A DNA stretch of 64,000 nt from contig CAZCSK010000005.1 in NCBI GenBank assembly GCA_964501265.1, positions 1,944-65,943 of the forward strand. The letters are read 5' to 3'. The notes under the pieces are model-generated. The model was given only the letters and a program-made list of their open reading frames with translations, was not told the origin of the DNA and searched no databases. This stretch comes from an uncultured Actinomycetes bacterium (GTDB lineage: Bacteria > Actinomycetota > CADDZG01 > JAHWKV01). This document shows, in pieces, positions 26,598-41,089 of the stretch. Made by a program: the position numbers and the translations under genes. The number at the start of each line of letters is the position of its first letter. Position 1 is the stretch's first letter.

Positions 26598-27245
26598 CTA
26601 CGTTTGGTCGCCAGCGAGCAACAACCTCTTTATACCTCCGGCAACTGCCGCGGGATCGCCGGCGTCGGTGAGGGCCCTCAACACAGAAACTCGGGTTGCG
26701 CCAGCGTCCTGGACTAGTCGCAGGTTGGACAGATCGATGCCGCCGATGGCGAAAAATGGCGTTCGTGCTACTTCAGCCGCATAGCTCACCAGTCCTAGGC
26801 CAACCGCGGGCCTCCCGGCCTTGGTCGGAGTTTCATACACCGGCCCCACCCCGATGTAGTCGGCGCCCGACTCACCCGAGCGAAGGACCTCCGCTTCCGA
26901 GTGGGTCGAGAGTCCGATCAGCGCTTCGGCTCCCATTAAGCGGCGGGCTTGGCCGACCGGCATATCGTCCTGTCCCAAATGCACCCCATCGGCCCCGCAC
27001 GCAAGAGCGGCTTCCACAGAGTCGTTGATTATGAACAGAGCCCCGTGTTCGCTGGTCCGTTTGCGAACGATCTCACCGAAAGGTTTCAGTTCGTCTGCCC
27101 CCATTTGCTTATCCCGGAGCTGCACCATGTCGACTCCCGCTTCAAGAACTAAAGCAAGGAACCGATCGAGGTCCCCGTATGCGGGCCGCGCTGGGGTGAC
27201 GAGATAGAGCAGAGTGCGCGACAGCCTCGATTGAACACCGATCAT
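26598..27245 (-). CDS. thiE: Thiamine-phosphate synthase
   Basis: VQLRDK, IND, ADGVHLGQDD, GLSTH, GPVYETPTK, FAIGGI. Confidence 0.95.
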   Translation of the reverse strand: MIGVQSRLSRTLLYLVTPARPAYGDLDRFLALVLEAGVDMVQLRDKQMGADELKPFGEIVRKRTSEHGALFIINDSVEAALACGADGVHLGQDDMPVGQARRLMGAEALIGLSTHSEAEVLRSGESGADYIGVGPVYETPTKAGRPAVGLGLVSYAAEVARTPFFAIGGIDLSNLRLVQDAGATRVSVLRALTDAGDPAAVAGGIKRLLLAGDQT

Positions 27246-27320
27246 GATCTCCTAGGTTAATATGGAGCAATCCCCAAGAGGCGAAGCGCCTCTTAGCCAA
27301 CATAGGAGCACAACGACCCG

Positions 27321-29609
27321 ATGATCCTTTCGAGCATTGCAGGCTTCCCCCGAATCGGCCCTAAACGAGAACTCAAAACCGCAACCGAAGGGTTCTGGGC
27401 AGGCAAAGTGTCTCAGGCCGATCTCTTGGCCGCGACGGCCAAAATCCGCCGCGACAATTGGGAGTTCATCAAGAAATCCGGAGTGGACCTAATCTCCTCC
27501 AATGACTTCAGTTTGTACGACCACGTTCTCGACACGATTTGCATGACAGGCGCAGTGCCCGAGCGTTACGGACACGCGGGGGGCGGGGATTCGGTCGATC
27601 TCGATACCTACTTCGCAATGGCCCGCGGCAAGCAGACGGATGGCACCGATGTCGTGGCCATGGAGATGACCAAGTGGTTTAACACCAACTACCACTACCT
27701 CGTTCCGGAATTCGGCCCCGACACCTCGTTTGACTTGTCGGGTACCAAACCGGTGGACGAATATCTCGAAGCCAAGCAACTGGGAATCGAAACTATTCCC
27801 GTACTCGTGGGCCCGGTCTCCTTCCTCCTTCTTGGAAAGGCTGACACCTTCGCGCCTTTGACGCTTCTTGATCAACTGCTACCCGTTTACGAACAATTGC
27901 TGGCACGACTAGGCGAGGCCGGCGCCACGTGGGTGCAGTTCGATGAACCCGTATTCGTCGAGGACCGTTCCCCCGAAGACCTCGCTGCGCTCAGTAGGTG
28001 CTATGAGCGTCTGGGGGCTATCAGCAGAAGGCCAAAGATCCTGATCAAGACATACTTCGATCACACCGGCGAGGCCTATCCGGTTTTGAGCCGCCTCCCG
28101 ATTGAAGGATTGGGGCTCGACTTCGTGGCAGGGGCTACCAACGAGGCCCTCGTCGCTGCCGAGGGCTTGACGAACAAGACTTTGTTCGCGGGTGTCGTTG
28201 ACGGTCACAACATTTGGATCAATGACCTCGATCAGACACTGGCTCTGCTTGAGCGGCTGCGCGGCCTGTGTGCGCAACTGGTAGTCACGAACTCGTGCTC
28301 GCTCCAGCACGTGCCTCTCGATTCGGATCATGAACCCAAACTCGACCCAGAAGTGCGCTCATGGCTTTCCTTCGCCAAACAGAAAGTCGGCGAAGTGGTC
28401 ACTCTCACCAAGGCAATGAACGAGGGAGCGAATGCCAACTCGAACGCGTTTGCCTCAAACCGATCCAGACTCCAGAGTCGGCGCACATCCAGCCGAGCCG
28501 TTAACCCGCAAGTGCGGGAACGCGTTGCCGCCTTGAGTGACACCGACGGCCGGAGAGCATCCGAGTACGCGGTCCGAAGGGAACTCCAGCGGCGGGCTCT
28601 TGATCTCCCACCGTTTCCGACCACGACCATCGGCTCCTATCCCCAGACTAAGGAGATCAGGCATGCGCGAGCGCAACTGAGAAGAGGCGAGCTCACACCC
28701 GAGCGCTACATCGAAGAGACGAAGTCAGAAATCGAGAGAGTGATTCGCTTTCAAGAAAAGGCGGGGCTCGACGTACTTGTTCATGGCGAGCCGGAACGCA
28801 ATGACATGGTTCAGTACTTCTCAGAACTCCTTGACGGCTACGCCTTCTCTCAGAACGGTTGGGTGCAGTCCTACGGGACCCGCTATGTGAGACCTCCCAT
28901 AATCTACGGCGACATCTCAAGACCCAAGCCTATGACGGTCGAATGGACCCGTTACGCACAGTCGCTTACCGACAAGCCCGTGAAAGGAATGCTCACCGGC
29001 CCCGTCACCATGCTTATGTGGTCTTTCGTTAGGGACGACCAGCCGCGCCGAGACACCTGCATCCAGTTGGCACTGGCTCTTCGCGACGAAGTGGCCGATC
29101 TCGAAGCCATAGGTCAAAAAGTCATCCAGGTCGACGAGGCCGCGCTGCGAGAGGGCTTGCCGCTGCGAAGTGACAAGTGGGCCGAGTATCTGGATTGGGC
29201 CGTGTATTGCTTCCGACTGACAACCTCAGTAGTAGCTGACGAAACTCAGATCCACATGCATATGTGCTATTCAGATTTCGGCGACATCATCTCGGCCATC
29301 GACGGACTCGATGCAGACGTCTCCCTGATCGAGGCTTCGCGTTCCGACATGGAGTTGCTCGACGACTTCCGTAACACCGGGTTTGAACGGGAGATAGGCC
29401 CAGGCGTATACGACATTCATTCGCCCCGAGTGCCGTCGGTAGATGAAATGGCAGAGAAGCTGCGCTTGGCGGCCAAGGTTATAGACGTATCACGCGTTTG
29501 GGTCACACCAGACTGTGGCCTTAAGACGCGAGACTGGGCGGAGACCGAACCAAGTCTGAAGAACATGGTCGAAGCCGCCGAAAGAGTTCGGGCCGAACTG
29601 GCCCCCTAG
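27321..29609 (+). CDS. metE: Cobalamin-independent methionine synthase
   Basis: GFPRIG..RELK, MTKWFNTNYHY, HGEPERNDMV, HMCYS, PDCGLKTR. Confidence 0.97.
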   Translation: MILSSIAGFPRIGPKRELKTATEGFWAGKVSQADLLAATAKIRRDNWEFIKKSGVDLISSNDFSLYDHVLDTICMTGAVPERYGHAGGGDSVDLDTYFAMARGKQTDGTDVVAMEMTKWFNTNYHYLVPEFGPDTSFDLSGTKPVDEYLEAKQLGIETIPVLVGPVSFLLLGKADTFAPLTLLDQLLPVYEQLLARLGEAGATWVQFDEPVFVEDRSPEDLAALSRCYERLGAISRRPKILIKTYFDHTGEAYPVLSRLPIEGLGLDFVAGATNEALVAAEGLTNKTLFAGVVDGHNIWINDLDQTLALLERLRGLCAQLVVTNSCSLQHVPLDSDHEPKLDPEVRSWLSFAKQKVGEVVTLTKAMNEGANANSNAFASNRSRLQSRRTSSRAVNPQVRERVAALSDTDGRRASEYAVRRELQRRALDLPPFPTTTIGSYPQTKEIRHARAQLRRGELTPERYIEETKSEIERVIRFQEKAGLDVLVHGEPERNDMVQYFSELLDGYAFSQNGWVQSYGTRYVRPPIIYGDISRPKPMTVEWTRYAQSLTDKPVKGMLTGPVTMLMWSFVRDDQPRRDTCIQLALALRDEVADLEAIGQKVIQVDEAALREGLPLRSDKWAEYLDWAVYCFRLTTSVVADETQIHMHMCYSDFGDIISAIDGLDADVSLIEASRSDMELLDDFRNTGFEREIGPGVYDIHSPRVPSVDEMAEKLRLAAKVIDVSRVWVTPDCGLKTRDWAETEPSLKNMVEAAERVRAELAP

Positions 29610-29636
29610 CCCCCCACCAGGGGGCGCGACACCCCC
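29610..29636 (-). repeat. REP-like copy downstream of the RAYT, inverted relative to the upstream array
   Basis: Minus strand GGGGGTGTCGCGCCCCCTGGTGGGGGG. Confidence 0.8.
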
Positions 29637-29729
29637 ATACCCCTATGCTTCCCGTGCCTCAAGTTCGTTGGGGGTGGTTGCGGCCCCGTCCGAGCATTGT
29701 TGGGGGCGCTAGTTAAGGTGGGACGATCC

Positions 29730-30227
29730 CTACGTCACGAAACTGATGTCGTTCTTGGCGAGCTGAATCGGGCTTTTACCAACGCCGAACCATTCTCCAC
29801 AACTAGATAGAGCGTAATCAGGCGGATTACCGACTAGGCCTTCTTTCGCTGGATTGTTGTGAATGTACTCCATGGCCTGATGCAAACTGAGTTCGTCCCG
29901 CATTGCCACATCCCAGTAGCCTCGCTGCCACAACGCGCCGCCAGCCATCCCATCCCTCATCAGCCGATGGACCGAAGCGAGCTTAAGCGCCTGAACAACA
30001 TACCCAACAGGCATGGGGTAGGGCCCGATCAACAGGTGTAGATGATCAGGCATGAGGGCAAAGGCGTATATAGGAAGCTCCATTCGAGCCCGCTCGTGCT
30101 CTAAAGCATCCAAACAAGCTATGCCGAGCTTGATGTTCTTGAAATGAGGAATCCTCCATCGAGTTGGCCAAGAAAGGTGGTTGGGATAGAGATTCGAATC
30201 CTCAAGGTGGGCCGGCTTCTTATGCAT
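29730..30227 (-). mobile_element. REP-associated tyrosine transposase (RAYT, Y1 HUH family)
   Basis: 165 aa from ATG 30227: MPDHLH (HUH), LWQRGYWD..RD, YIHNNP.K.GLV...DY..SS. Confidence 0.9.
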
Positions 30228-30321
30228 AGCCTCAGAGTAGCGACGACGTACGACAAAATTTTGGTCTTCCTGCAATTGAGTCCGGGCCACATTCAACCAA
30301 ATGCCTGGTGTTAAGGGTCGA

Positions 30322-30412
30322 GGTGTCGCGCCCCGGGGGCCGGGGTGTCGGGGTGTCGCGCCCCCGGGGGCTTCGGTGTCGGGGTGTCGCGCCCCCGGGG
30401 GGCTTCGGTGTG
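30322..30412 (+). repeat. Three tandem 30-31 nt REP-like units upstream of the RAYT
   Basis: GGTGTCGCGCCCC(C)GGGGG...GGTGTCGG starting at 30322, 30352, 30383. Confidence 0.9.
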
Positions 30413-30446
30413 AGACTCCCCAAGCCATAACGCGATAAACTTCTTC

Positions 30447-32246
<1,800 letters not shown>

Positions 32247-32281
32247 CAAATGCCTTCAATGAGCGGCGCTAAGGAAACACG

Positions 32282-35038
<2,757 letters not shown>

Positions 35039-35158
35039 GTCGGGCCCCCTAACAAGCAGATATTTGAGCGATCGCTCAAATCTTACTACCACCGCTGCTT
35101 GGATGCAAGACCAGCCCCTCCGAAGACAGCGGCCGGTTCCAAACCGTAGGATGGCGCC

Positions 35159-35614
35159 ATGACCGGCTTCGCGATCGGACTCTCTGCCGTTGCCCTTTGG
35201 GTGATCGTTCTGGTTGGAGTCGTCCTATTGATTCGCGGCTCAGCCGGGACGCCCCAACGATCGATACGCAGATTCAAAGGTGACCGGTTAGCAATCAAGA
35301 CTGCCGGGGGGGTAGAAGCTCCCATAGGCTCTGCGGTGTTTCAGACAATCCCGCCTCAGGCAACATCGGAGGCGGAGCCACCAACGTTTACTGCGGTCCG
35401 GCTCAATTCCGACGGACTCATAGTCACAGAAGATGTGGATGCCTCGGAGGAGGTGCAGGAAATCGAGGCGTTAGTTGGCTCCGTGACTGATCCTCGTGCA
35501 GTCGCAAAGTCGGCAGGTCCTGCCCAGCGGCGCGTTCGGCCCACAGTCGGACCTCGCAAGAGCGGCCGCATCACATACGTCCTAGTCGACGAAGAGGGCC
35601 GCCCCCAGATCTAG
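35159..35614 (+). CDS. Hypothetical protein with N-terminal TM
   Basis: TAGGAT 6 nt before ATG. First gene of a three-gene run. Confidence 0.6.
   Translation: MTGFAIGLSAVALWVIVLVGVVLLIRGSAGTPQRSIRRFKGDRLAIKTAGGVEAPIGSAVFQTIPPQATSEAEPPTFTAVRLNSDGLIVTEDVDASEEVQEIEALVGSVTDPRAVAKSAGPAQRRVRPTVGPRKSGRITYVLVDEEGRPQI
35304..35329 (+). repeat. Degenerate left arm of the element, in-frame
   Basis: CCGGGGGGGTAGAAGCTCCCATAGG (GGVEAPIG) versus copy F CCGGGGGGGTAGCAGCCCCCTTAGG (GGVAAPLG). Confidence 0.55.
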
Positions 35615-35624
35615 TACGCATTCA

Positions 35625-36524
35625 TTGGCAAAGATACTGATCGGCACTGCGTCTTGGACGGAAAAGACGCTACTTGCGAGCGGCTTCTATCCAAAAAATG
35701 CAAGTAGCGCGGAAGCCCGGCTGCGTTTCTACGCCAGCACTTTTCCAATCGTTGAAGTGGATTCCACCTATTACTTCCCACCCACCGAGCGAAACGTCCT
35801 CGCGTGGCTAAATAGAACACCCACAAACTTCACCTTTCACATAAAGGCGTACTCGCTCCTCACGGGGCATCCAACGCGACCGGCCTCCATCTATTCGGAC
35901 CTGATGAATTTGGTCCCCTCCGAAGAGGCGGGAAAGCGTGCGCTTTACGCGAAAAATCTTCCGCAAGAGTTGATAGAGGAATGTTGGCGGCGATTTGCCG
36001 ATTCCCTTCTACCTCTGCACTCTTCCGGCAAGCTGGGTGTCGTCCATTTCCAGTTCCCAGAATGGTTCCTACCCGGGACTGTTGGTCGTGAGTACATCCT
36101 CGAGTGCCGCGACCGCCTGCCCGAGTACAGAGTGGCCGTGGAATTTCGGAACGCTTCTTGGTTGAACGACCGCAACGCCGCGCGCACGCTGGACTTTCTC
36201 ACTTCCGAGAATATTCCAATTACGAGTGTTGACATGCCTCAGGGATTCGTATCGAGCATGCCGCCGATGGCGGCGGTAACGTCTAAAGATCTAGCCTATG
36301 TGCGATTCCACGGGCGCAACGTCGAGGAATGGAAAAAGCCTCACGCCACAGCGACGCCCCGGTTCGCCTACGACTATTCGCGGACCGAACTGGCCGAGTG
36401 GGTTCCCAAAATCAAAGAGCTCGCTGCCCAGACCAAACAAGTGCATGTGCTTATGAACAACTGCTACAGCGACTACGCTGTTAACAACGCGAGGGAACTC
36501 GCGGGGATGCTCGAACAAGAGTGA
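35625..36524 (+). CDS. DUF72 family protein
   Basis: IGTASW, VEVDSTYY, QFP.WF, VEFR..SW, YVRFHGRN. Confidence 0.9.
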   Translation: MAKILIGTASWTEKTLLASGFYPKNASSAEARLRFYASTFPIVEVDSTYYFPPTERNVLAWLNRTPTNFTFHIKAYSLLTGHPTRPASIYSDLMNLVPSEEAGKRALYAKNLPQELIEECWRRFADSLLPLHSSGKLGVVHFQFPEWFLPGTVGREYILECRDRLPEYRVAVEFRNASWLNDRNAARTLDFLTSENIPITSVDMPQGFVSSMPPMAAVTSKDLAYVRFHGRNVEEWKKPHATATPRFAYDYSRTELAEWVPKIKELAAQTKQVHVLMNNCYSDYAVNNARELAGMLEQE

Positions 36525-37396
36525 ACGTACGGACCAAGCAGATTGCTGCGACGTGCGCGCTCGTTGCTGTCACAGCCGTTTGGGGTTATACCTTTGTCGT
36601 CGTAAAGCGCGCCATTCTCCAGGTGCCACCGCTCGAGTTTCTTGCCTTAAGATTTGGCCTGGCGGCCATCGTCTTGGGAGCGACGTTTCCTCGATCCACT
36701 ATGCGCAGCGCGTCGAAGATACTCGGGCCGAGTGCAGCCCTGGGGGTGGCTCTGGCCACCGGCTATGCATTTCAAACTCTGGGCCTTGTGTACACGGGTG
36801 CGACCAAATCGGCACTGATCACAGGCCTGATGGTGGTCCTGACACCCGTGCTCGCCGTCGTGGCGCTGAGAAGAAAACCAACGCTGGTAACCCTGCTCGC
36901 AGTTGTTATGTCGGGTGCAGGGCTGGCGTTTCTCACGGTCGGTCCGGGATTCACGTTCAACCGCGGGGACGGGCTGACGGTTGTGACTGCCCTTGCATTC
37001 GCCGCCCACATCGTCCTGCTCGGCCGCTACTCCCCCATTTACGATGCACGCCAATTGGCCTTCGGGCAAGTTGTCTTCTCGTCGATCGGTTTTGCGCTGA
37101 TGACGCTTGTTTTCGAAGATTGGGTGGCGCCATCGAGCCCCGAGGTTTGGTGGGCGCTGGGCATCACCGGCATCGGAGCAACGGCCGTTGCCTTTCTCGT
37201 AATGACATGGGCTCAGCAGGTCCTGTCCCCCACAAAGACCGCGGTCGTCGTGGCGATGGAGCCGGTGTTCGGCACCCTTGCCGGTTACACGATCCTTAGT
37301 GAAAGGTTCACTGCTCTTGGATGGATGGGGGCCATTGCGATGTTCGGCGCGATGCTGCTGGTCACGTTGCGGTCAAGTATGCCGAGCGAAATCTAG
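36521..37396 (+). CDS. EamA/DMT transporter
   Basis: WG.TFVVVK, FQT.GL, GD.LT, EPVF. About 10 TMs. Confidence 0.9.
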   Translation: MNVRTKQIAATCALVAVTAVWGYTFVVVKRAILQVPPLEFLALRFGLAAIVLGATFPRSTMRSASKILGPSAALGVALATGYAFQTLGLVYTGATKSALITGLMVVLTPVLAVVALRRKPTLVTLLAVVMSGAGLAFLTVGPGFTFNRGDGLTVVTALAFAAHIVLLGRYSPIYDARQLAFGQVVFSSIGFALMTLVFEDWVAPSSPEVWWALGITGIGATAVAFLVMTWAQQVLSPTKTAVVVAMEPVFGTLAGYTILSERFTALGWMGAIAMFGAMLLVTLRSSMPSEI

Positions 37397-37397
37397 A

Positions 37398-37820
37398 TCA
37401 GTGAGAGTGCGATGCACCTTCAAGGGCACGAACTCGACTGGATAGGTGTGTAAGAAGTTTCTTCGCCATCGTCGGGTTCTCCTCAAGGGCGGCCAAGAAG
37501 TTCCAGGATGCCAGCGAACGGGCCCTGACATGTGTAGTGGCCTTCACGGTCGCCGAGCGCGGGTGCTTGTCGAGTATGGACATCTCTCCAAAGTAATTGC
37601 CGGGACCCAGCGTCGCCTTCTTGCGTCCACGTACAAACACGTCAGCCCGGCCCTCAAAAATCACGTAGAAGCGTCCGCCGGGGTCCCCTTCCTTGACCAT
37701 ACTCCGCCCAGGGCTGTAAAGCTCCGGGTTCGACTCCTTCATGATGAACTTTAGGTGGGCCTTCGACAGCTCCGAAAAGAGCGGTACCTCCTTCAGCATG
37801 TCCATGTCACTTTTTGCCAT
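37398..37820 (-). CDS. Stand-alone cyclic nucleotide-binding domain protein
   Basis: VPLFS.L, EGDPG, FGEMS, PRSATV. Confidence 0.9.
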   Translation of the reverse strand: MAKSDMDMLKEVPLFSELSKAHLKFIMKESNPELYSPGRSMVKEGDPGGRFYVIFEGRADVFVRGRKKATLGPGNYFGEMSILDKHPRSATVKATTHVRARSLASWNFLAALEENPTMAKKLLTHLSSRVRALEGASHSH

Positions 37821-37890
37821 CTCTACCCTCCTTGAGGTCCAGTGGCGCGAATACTACACGGCAGCCCCTTTGAATTGCACAAAAACGTTT

Positions 37891-38925
37891 TCATCGAGCG
37901 ATCTCTCGGATGGCTTCAATGGCAAACTCGATGTCCTCGGCCGATATCCCGTTGTGGGTGACCATTCTCACCGTGCCGCGCTGATAGGCCGAACATTTGA
38001 TCCCCTTGGCCGCCGCTGCATCGACAAACTCCGCGGGAGAGTACCCGAGAGCCTGGGACTTGACAAGGACCATGTTGGTCTGCACGTGCTCGGGGAACGT
38101 CGCGGCCTCATGAATAGCCGCTATTGCCTCTGCCAGCCGCTTTGCGTTGGCGTGATCATCAGCCAGGCGATCGATCATTGTGTCGAGAGCTACCAGACAT
38201 GCGGCCGTTAGTACTCCCACCTGACGCATTCCTCCGCCGTGCATCTTGCGGTATCGGTGAGCCGTTTCTACATGCTCAGCGGAACCAACCACCATCGATC
38301 CCACTGGGCACCCCAGGCCCTTTGAGAAGCAGAACGTCAAACCATCAACCAATGAGAAGTACTCAGACACCGGAACACCGCTCGCAACTGAGGCGTTGAA
38401 AATGCGAGCGCCATCCATGTGGACTTTCAAGCCGTGTTCAGTCGCGATTTTGCTCATCGCACGGATGTCGTCGATTGGATAGATGGTCCCGCCGGCCAAG
38501 TTGTGCGTGTTCTCCAACGCTATTGCCTTGGTCCTGGGGAATGTGTAGGAAGGGGGCCGAATAGCGTCGACCACGGCATCGGCGTCCAATACACCCCAGT
38601 GCCCGGGCACAGCGCGGGCCTGTATGCCGCCCACCGCTGCAAGGGATGCGACCTCATAGTGAAGGATGTGCGCTTTTTCATGGAAGATGACTTCGTCGCC
38701 CGGCCCAGCAAAAGCGCGAAGCGAGACTAGGTTGCCCATGCTGCCGCTTGGGACGAATAGCGAAGCCTCGGCCCCGAACATCTCGGCAACCTTCTGCTGG
38801 AGAAGATTGGTCGTCGGGTCCTCTCCGAAGACATCGTCACCGACTTCAGCATTGGCCATCGCCTCGCGCATTGCGGGCGTCGGCTTGGTCAGAGTGTCCG
38901 AACGAAAGTCGACAATCCGTTGCAT
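37891..38925 (-). CDS. ltaE: Low-specificity L-threonine aldolase
   Basis: DFRSDT.T.PT, GDDV.GEDPT, ENTHN..GG, HMDGARIFNA, SKGLG.PVGS. Confidence 0.92.
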   Translation of the reverse strand: MQRIVDFRSDTLTKPTPAMREAMANAEVGDDVFGEDPTTNLLQQKVAEMFGAEASLFVPSGSMGNLVSLRAFAGPGDEVIFHEKAHILHYEVASLAAVGGIQARAVPGHWGVLDADAVVDAIRPPSYTFPRTKAIALENTHNLAGGTIYPIDDIRAMSKIATEHGLKVHMDGARIFNASVASGVPVSEYFSLVDGLTFCFSKGLGCPVGSMVVGSAEHVETAHRYRKMHGGGMRQVGVLTAACLVALDTMIDRLADDHANAKRLAEAIAAIHEAATFPEHVQTNMVLVKSQALGYSPAEFVDAAAAKGIKCSAYQRGTVRMVTHNGISAEDIEFAIEAIREIAR

Positions 38926-38935
38926 CGCTTGGAGA

Positions 38936-39964
38936 CTAACCGAAGAAGACTTCTGCCACCGAGTAAAGATCGTCGCCGACGACCTTCGGCTCTCCAACGG
39001 CTTCGGCGAGAGGCACGAGTTCGATCTTTGTCCCGTGAAGGGCCACCATCATTCCGAAGTCGCCACTGTGCGCGGCGTCGATGGCCGCCACTCCAAAGCG
39101 AGTCGCTAGGACGCGATCGAAGGCCGTCGGAGTTCCGCCTCGCTGGACGTGCCCGAGGATCGTTGCTCGGGTCTCAAAACCAGTTCGAGATTCGAGTTCC
39201 CTTTCCAGCGCGTACCCGATCCCACCCAACCGCACATGCCCGAAGGAGTCCATCTCCTCGGTTTGGGTAGCCAATTGGCCCTCTTGCGGCGTCGCGCCTT
39301 CCGCAACCACGACGATTGAAAACGTTCGCCCACGCGCATGACGATGCTTCAAGTGGGACGCGACCGCGTCCAAGTCGAAAGGGCGCTCGGGGATCAACAC
39401 TATGTCGGCTCCGCCGGCGATCCCGGAATGCACCGCTATCCATCCGGCATGTCGGCCCATCACTTCAACAACGATGATGCGGTGATGCGACTCAGCGGTG
39501 GTATGCAGCCTGTCGATGGCCTCCGTGCAAATATTGACCGCGGTGTCGAACCCGAACGTGTAATCGGTTCCCGACAGATCGTTATCGATCGTCTTGGGGA
39601 CGCCAACCACCGGGATTCCCTCAGCGTGCAACTTATTCGCGACTCCGAGCGTATCCTCACCGCCGATTGGAATCAGGCAGTCGATCCGATGCGCCTCGAG
39701 GGTCTCTTTGATTCTTTCGACGCCATTTTCTTCTTTGAACGGATTCGTGCGCGATGTGCCAAGGATCGTCCCACCGCGGTGAAGGATTCCTCGCGTGTTT
39801 TCGATGGTGAGCTCACTCACATTGCCCTCCATCGGGCCTTTCCATCCGTCCCGAAACCCGACAATCGCGTCGCCATATCGGTCGATGCCCTTACGTACAA
39901 CTGCCCTGATCACAGCGTTGAGACCAGGACAGTCTCCTCCGCCTGTCAACATTCCGATTCTCAT
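38936..39964 (-). CDS. pfkA: 6-phosphofructokinase
   Basis: GGGDCPGLN, GGEDT, PKTIDND, EVMGRHAG, LGHVQRGG. Confidence 0.96.
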   Translation of the reverse strand: MRIGMLTGGGDCPGLNAVIRAVVRKGIDRYGDAIVGFRDGWKGPMEGNVSELTIENTRGILHRGGTILGTSRTNPFKEENGVERIKETLEAHRIDCLIPIGGEDTLGVANKLHAEGIPVVGVPKTIDNDLSGTDYTFGFDTAVNICTEAIDRLHTTAESHHRIIVVEVMGRHAGWIAVHSGIAGGADIVLIPERPFDLDAVASHLKHRHARGRTFSIVVVAEGATPQEGQLATQTEEMDSFGHVRLGGIGYALERELESRTGFETRATILGHVQRGGTPTAFDRVLATRFGVAAIDAAHSGDFGMMVALHGTKIELVPLAEAVGEPKVVGDDLYSVAEVFFG

Positions 39965-39999
39965 ATGCGGCATTATGGCTCTTTAGGAGGGGCGACTCA

Positions 40000-41085
40000 A
40001 TGAGACAGCCGTACATGTCGATTGGCCTAGAGATGAGAAATAGAGCGGGCGCATTCGTTGTGATTGCTTCGCTTTTGCTTCCTATTTCTCCCGTCGCAGC
40101 GGCTGACCGGGTTTCCGAGCAGCGATCGCGGGTTAAAGCAGCCCAGGACCGTCTCGACTCTTTGACCGCGCAGTTGAGCAGACTCTTGGGCGAAGCGAAC
40201 TCCCTCGATCAAGCCTTGACCTCCGCTTCGGTCAGTGTTGCCATCACGCGGATTCGCGTCGGCGCCGCCTCCCGCAAAGCCGAAGAATCAAAGCAGATCA
40301 TGAGTGAACGTGCGCGAGAGGCTTACAAGCGAGGCAGTCTCGGTCAGATTCAGTTTCTGTTCGGGGTGCGAACCTTCGGCCAGTTTCTGTCTTTCGCAAA
40401 AAACTTGGGTGTTACCTTCGAGCAAGATGCGGCTGCTTACAAACGCTTAACGGAAACCGCCGCAGCGATCGAAGCCGGCCGCACCAGCATAGAGGACGAC
40501 AAGCGGGAACTAACCGTCGCGGCCCAACGCCTCGAAGAGGTTCGCGAGGAGATCCAAGCAACCTTCGAAGAGCAGCAACAGTTTCTCGCGAGCTCCAAGA
40601 CGGAACTCGCGGCGCTCGAAGCGGCGCGGCGAAAGGCCGAACTGGCGGCTCGCTCTAGTGTCCGCAGTGGAGTTTCACCCGCAGTTGAAGCTCGCCGCAC
40701 CGCGCGTCAGCGGGTTCTCGACGAGCGGCTGGCGGCGCTTCTGGCATGGATCACACCCGCTCGCCTGCGATCGACGGGTGTGGTCACGACCGGCCTTTCG
40801 TCTTGGTACGGTCCCGGCTTCGATGGGCGCCGGTCATCGAGCGGCGCGACCTATCATCAAGGTCAAATGACGGCAGCAAGCCTTGTGCTCCCGTTTGGAA
40901 CTCTGCTCAAGGTCGATTTCGCCGGCAAGTCGGTTGTGGTTGTAGTCACCGATCGCGGCCCCTACATCCCCGGTAGGGTTCTTGATCTCTCGGCGGGGGC
41001 CGCCCAAGCGCTTGGCTTGAGCGGAGTGAAACAGGTGCGAATGGAAATCATGACGCCCTCGGAGCCCGCCCCGCCTTTTCCGTAA
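40000..41085 (+). CDS. Secreted coiled-coil plus RlpA-like (DPBB) protein
   Basis: Signal peptide, long coiled coil, SWYGPGF.G, TDRGPY...RVLDLS. Start may be 40033. Confidence 0.85.
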   Translation: MRQPYMSIGLEMRNRAGAFVVIASLLLPISPVAAADRVSEQRSRVKAAQDRLDSLTAQLSRLLGEANSLDQALTSASVSVAITRIRVGAASRKAEESKQIMSERAREAYKRGSLGQIQFLFGVRTFGQFLSFAKNLGVTFEQDAAAYKRLTETAAAIEAGRTSIEDDKRELTVAAQRLEEVREEIQATFEEQQQFLASSKTELAALEAARRKAELAARSSVRSGVSPAVEARRTARQRVLDERLAALLAWITPARLRSTGVVTTGLSSWYGPGFDGRRSSSGATYHQGQMTAASLVLPFGTLLKVDFAGKSVVVVVTDRGPYIPGRVLDLSAGAAQALGLSGVKQVRMEIMTPSEPAPPFP

Positions 41086-41089
41086 GATT

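Noticed and set aside
30322-30412. Possible CRISPR array
   Set aside because: Units are head-to-tail with no unique spacers, and no cas genes are present.
36553-37299. 248-aa alternative-frame ORF, and similar shadow ORFs at 18875-19651, 53217-53825 and 61390-62166
   Set aside because: They overlap well-supported genes and have no recognisable motifs. Typical of high-GC DNA.
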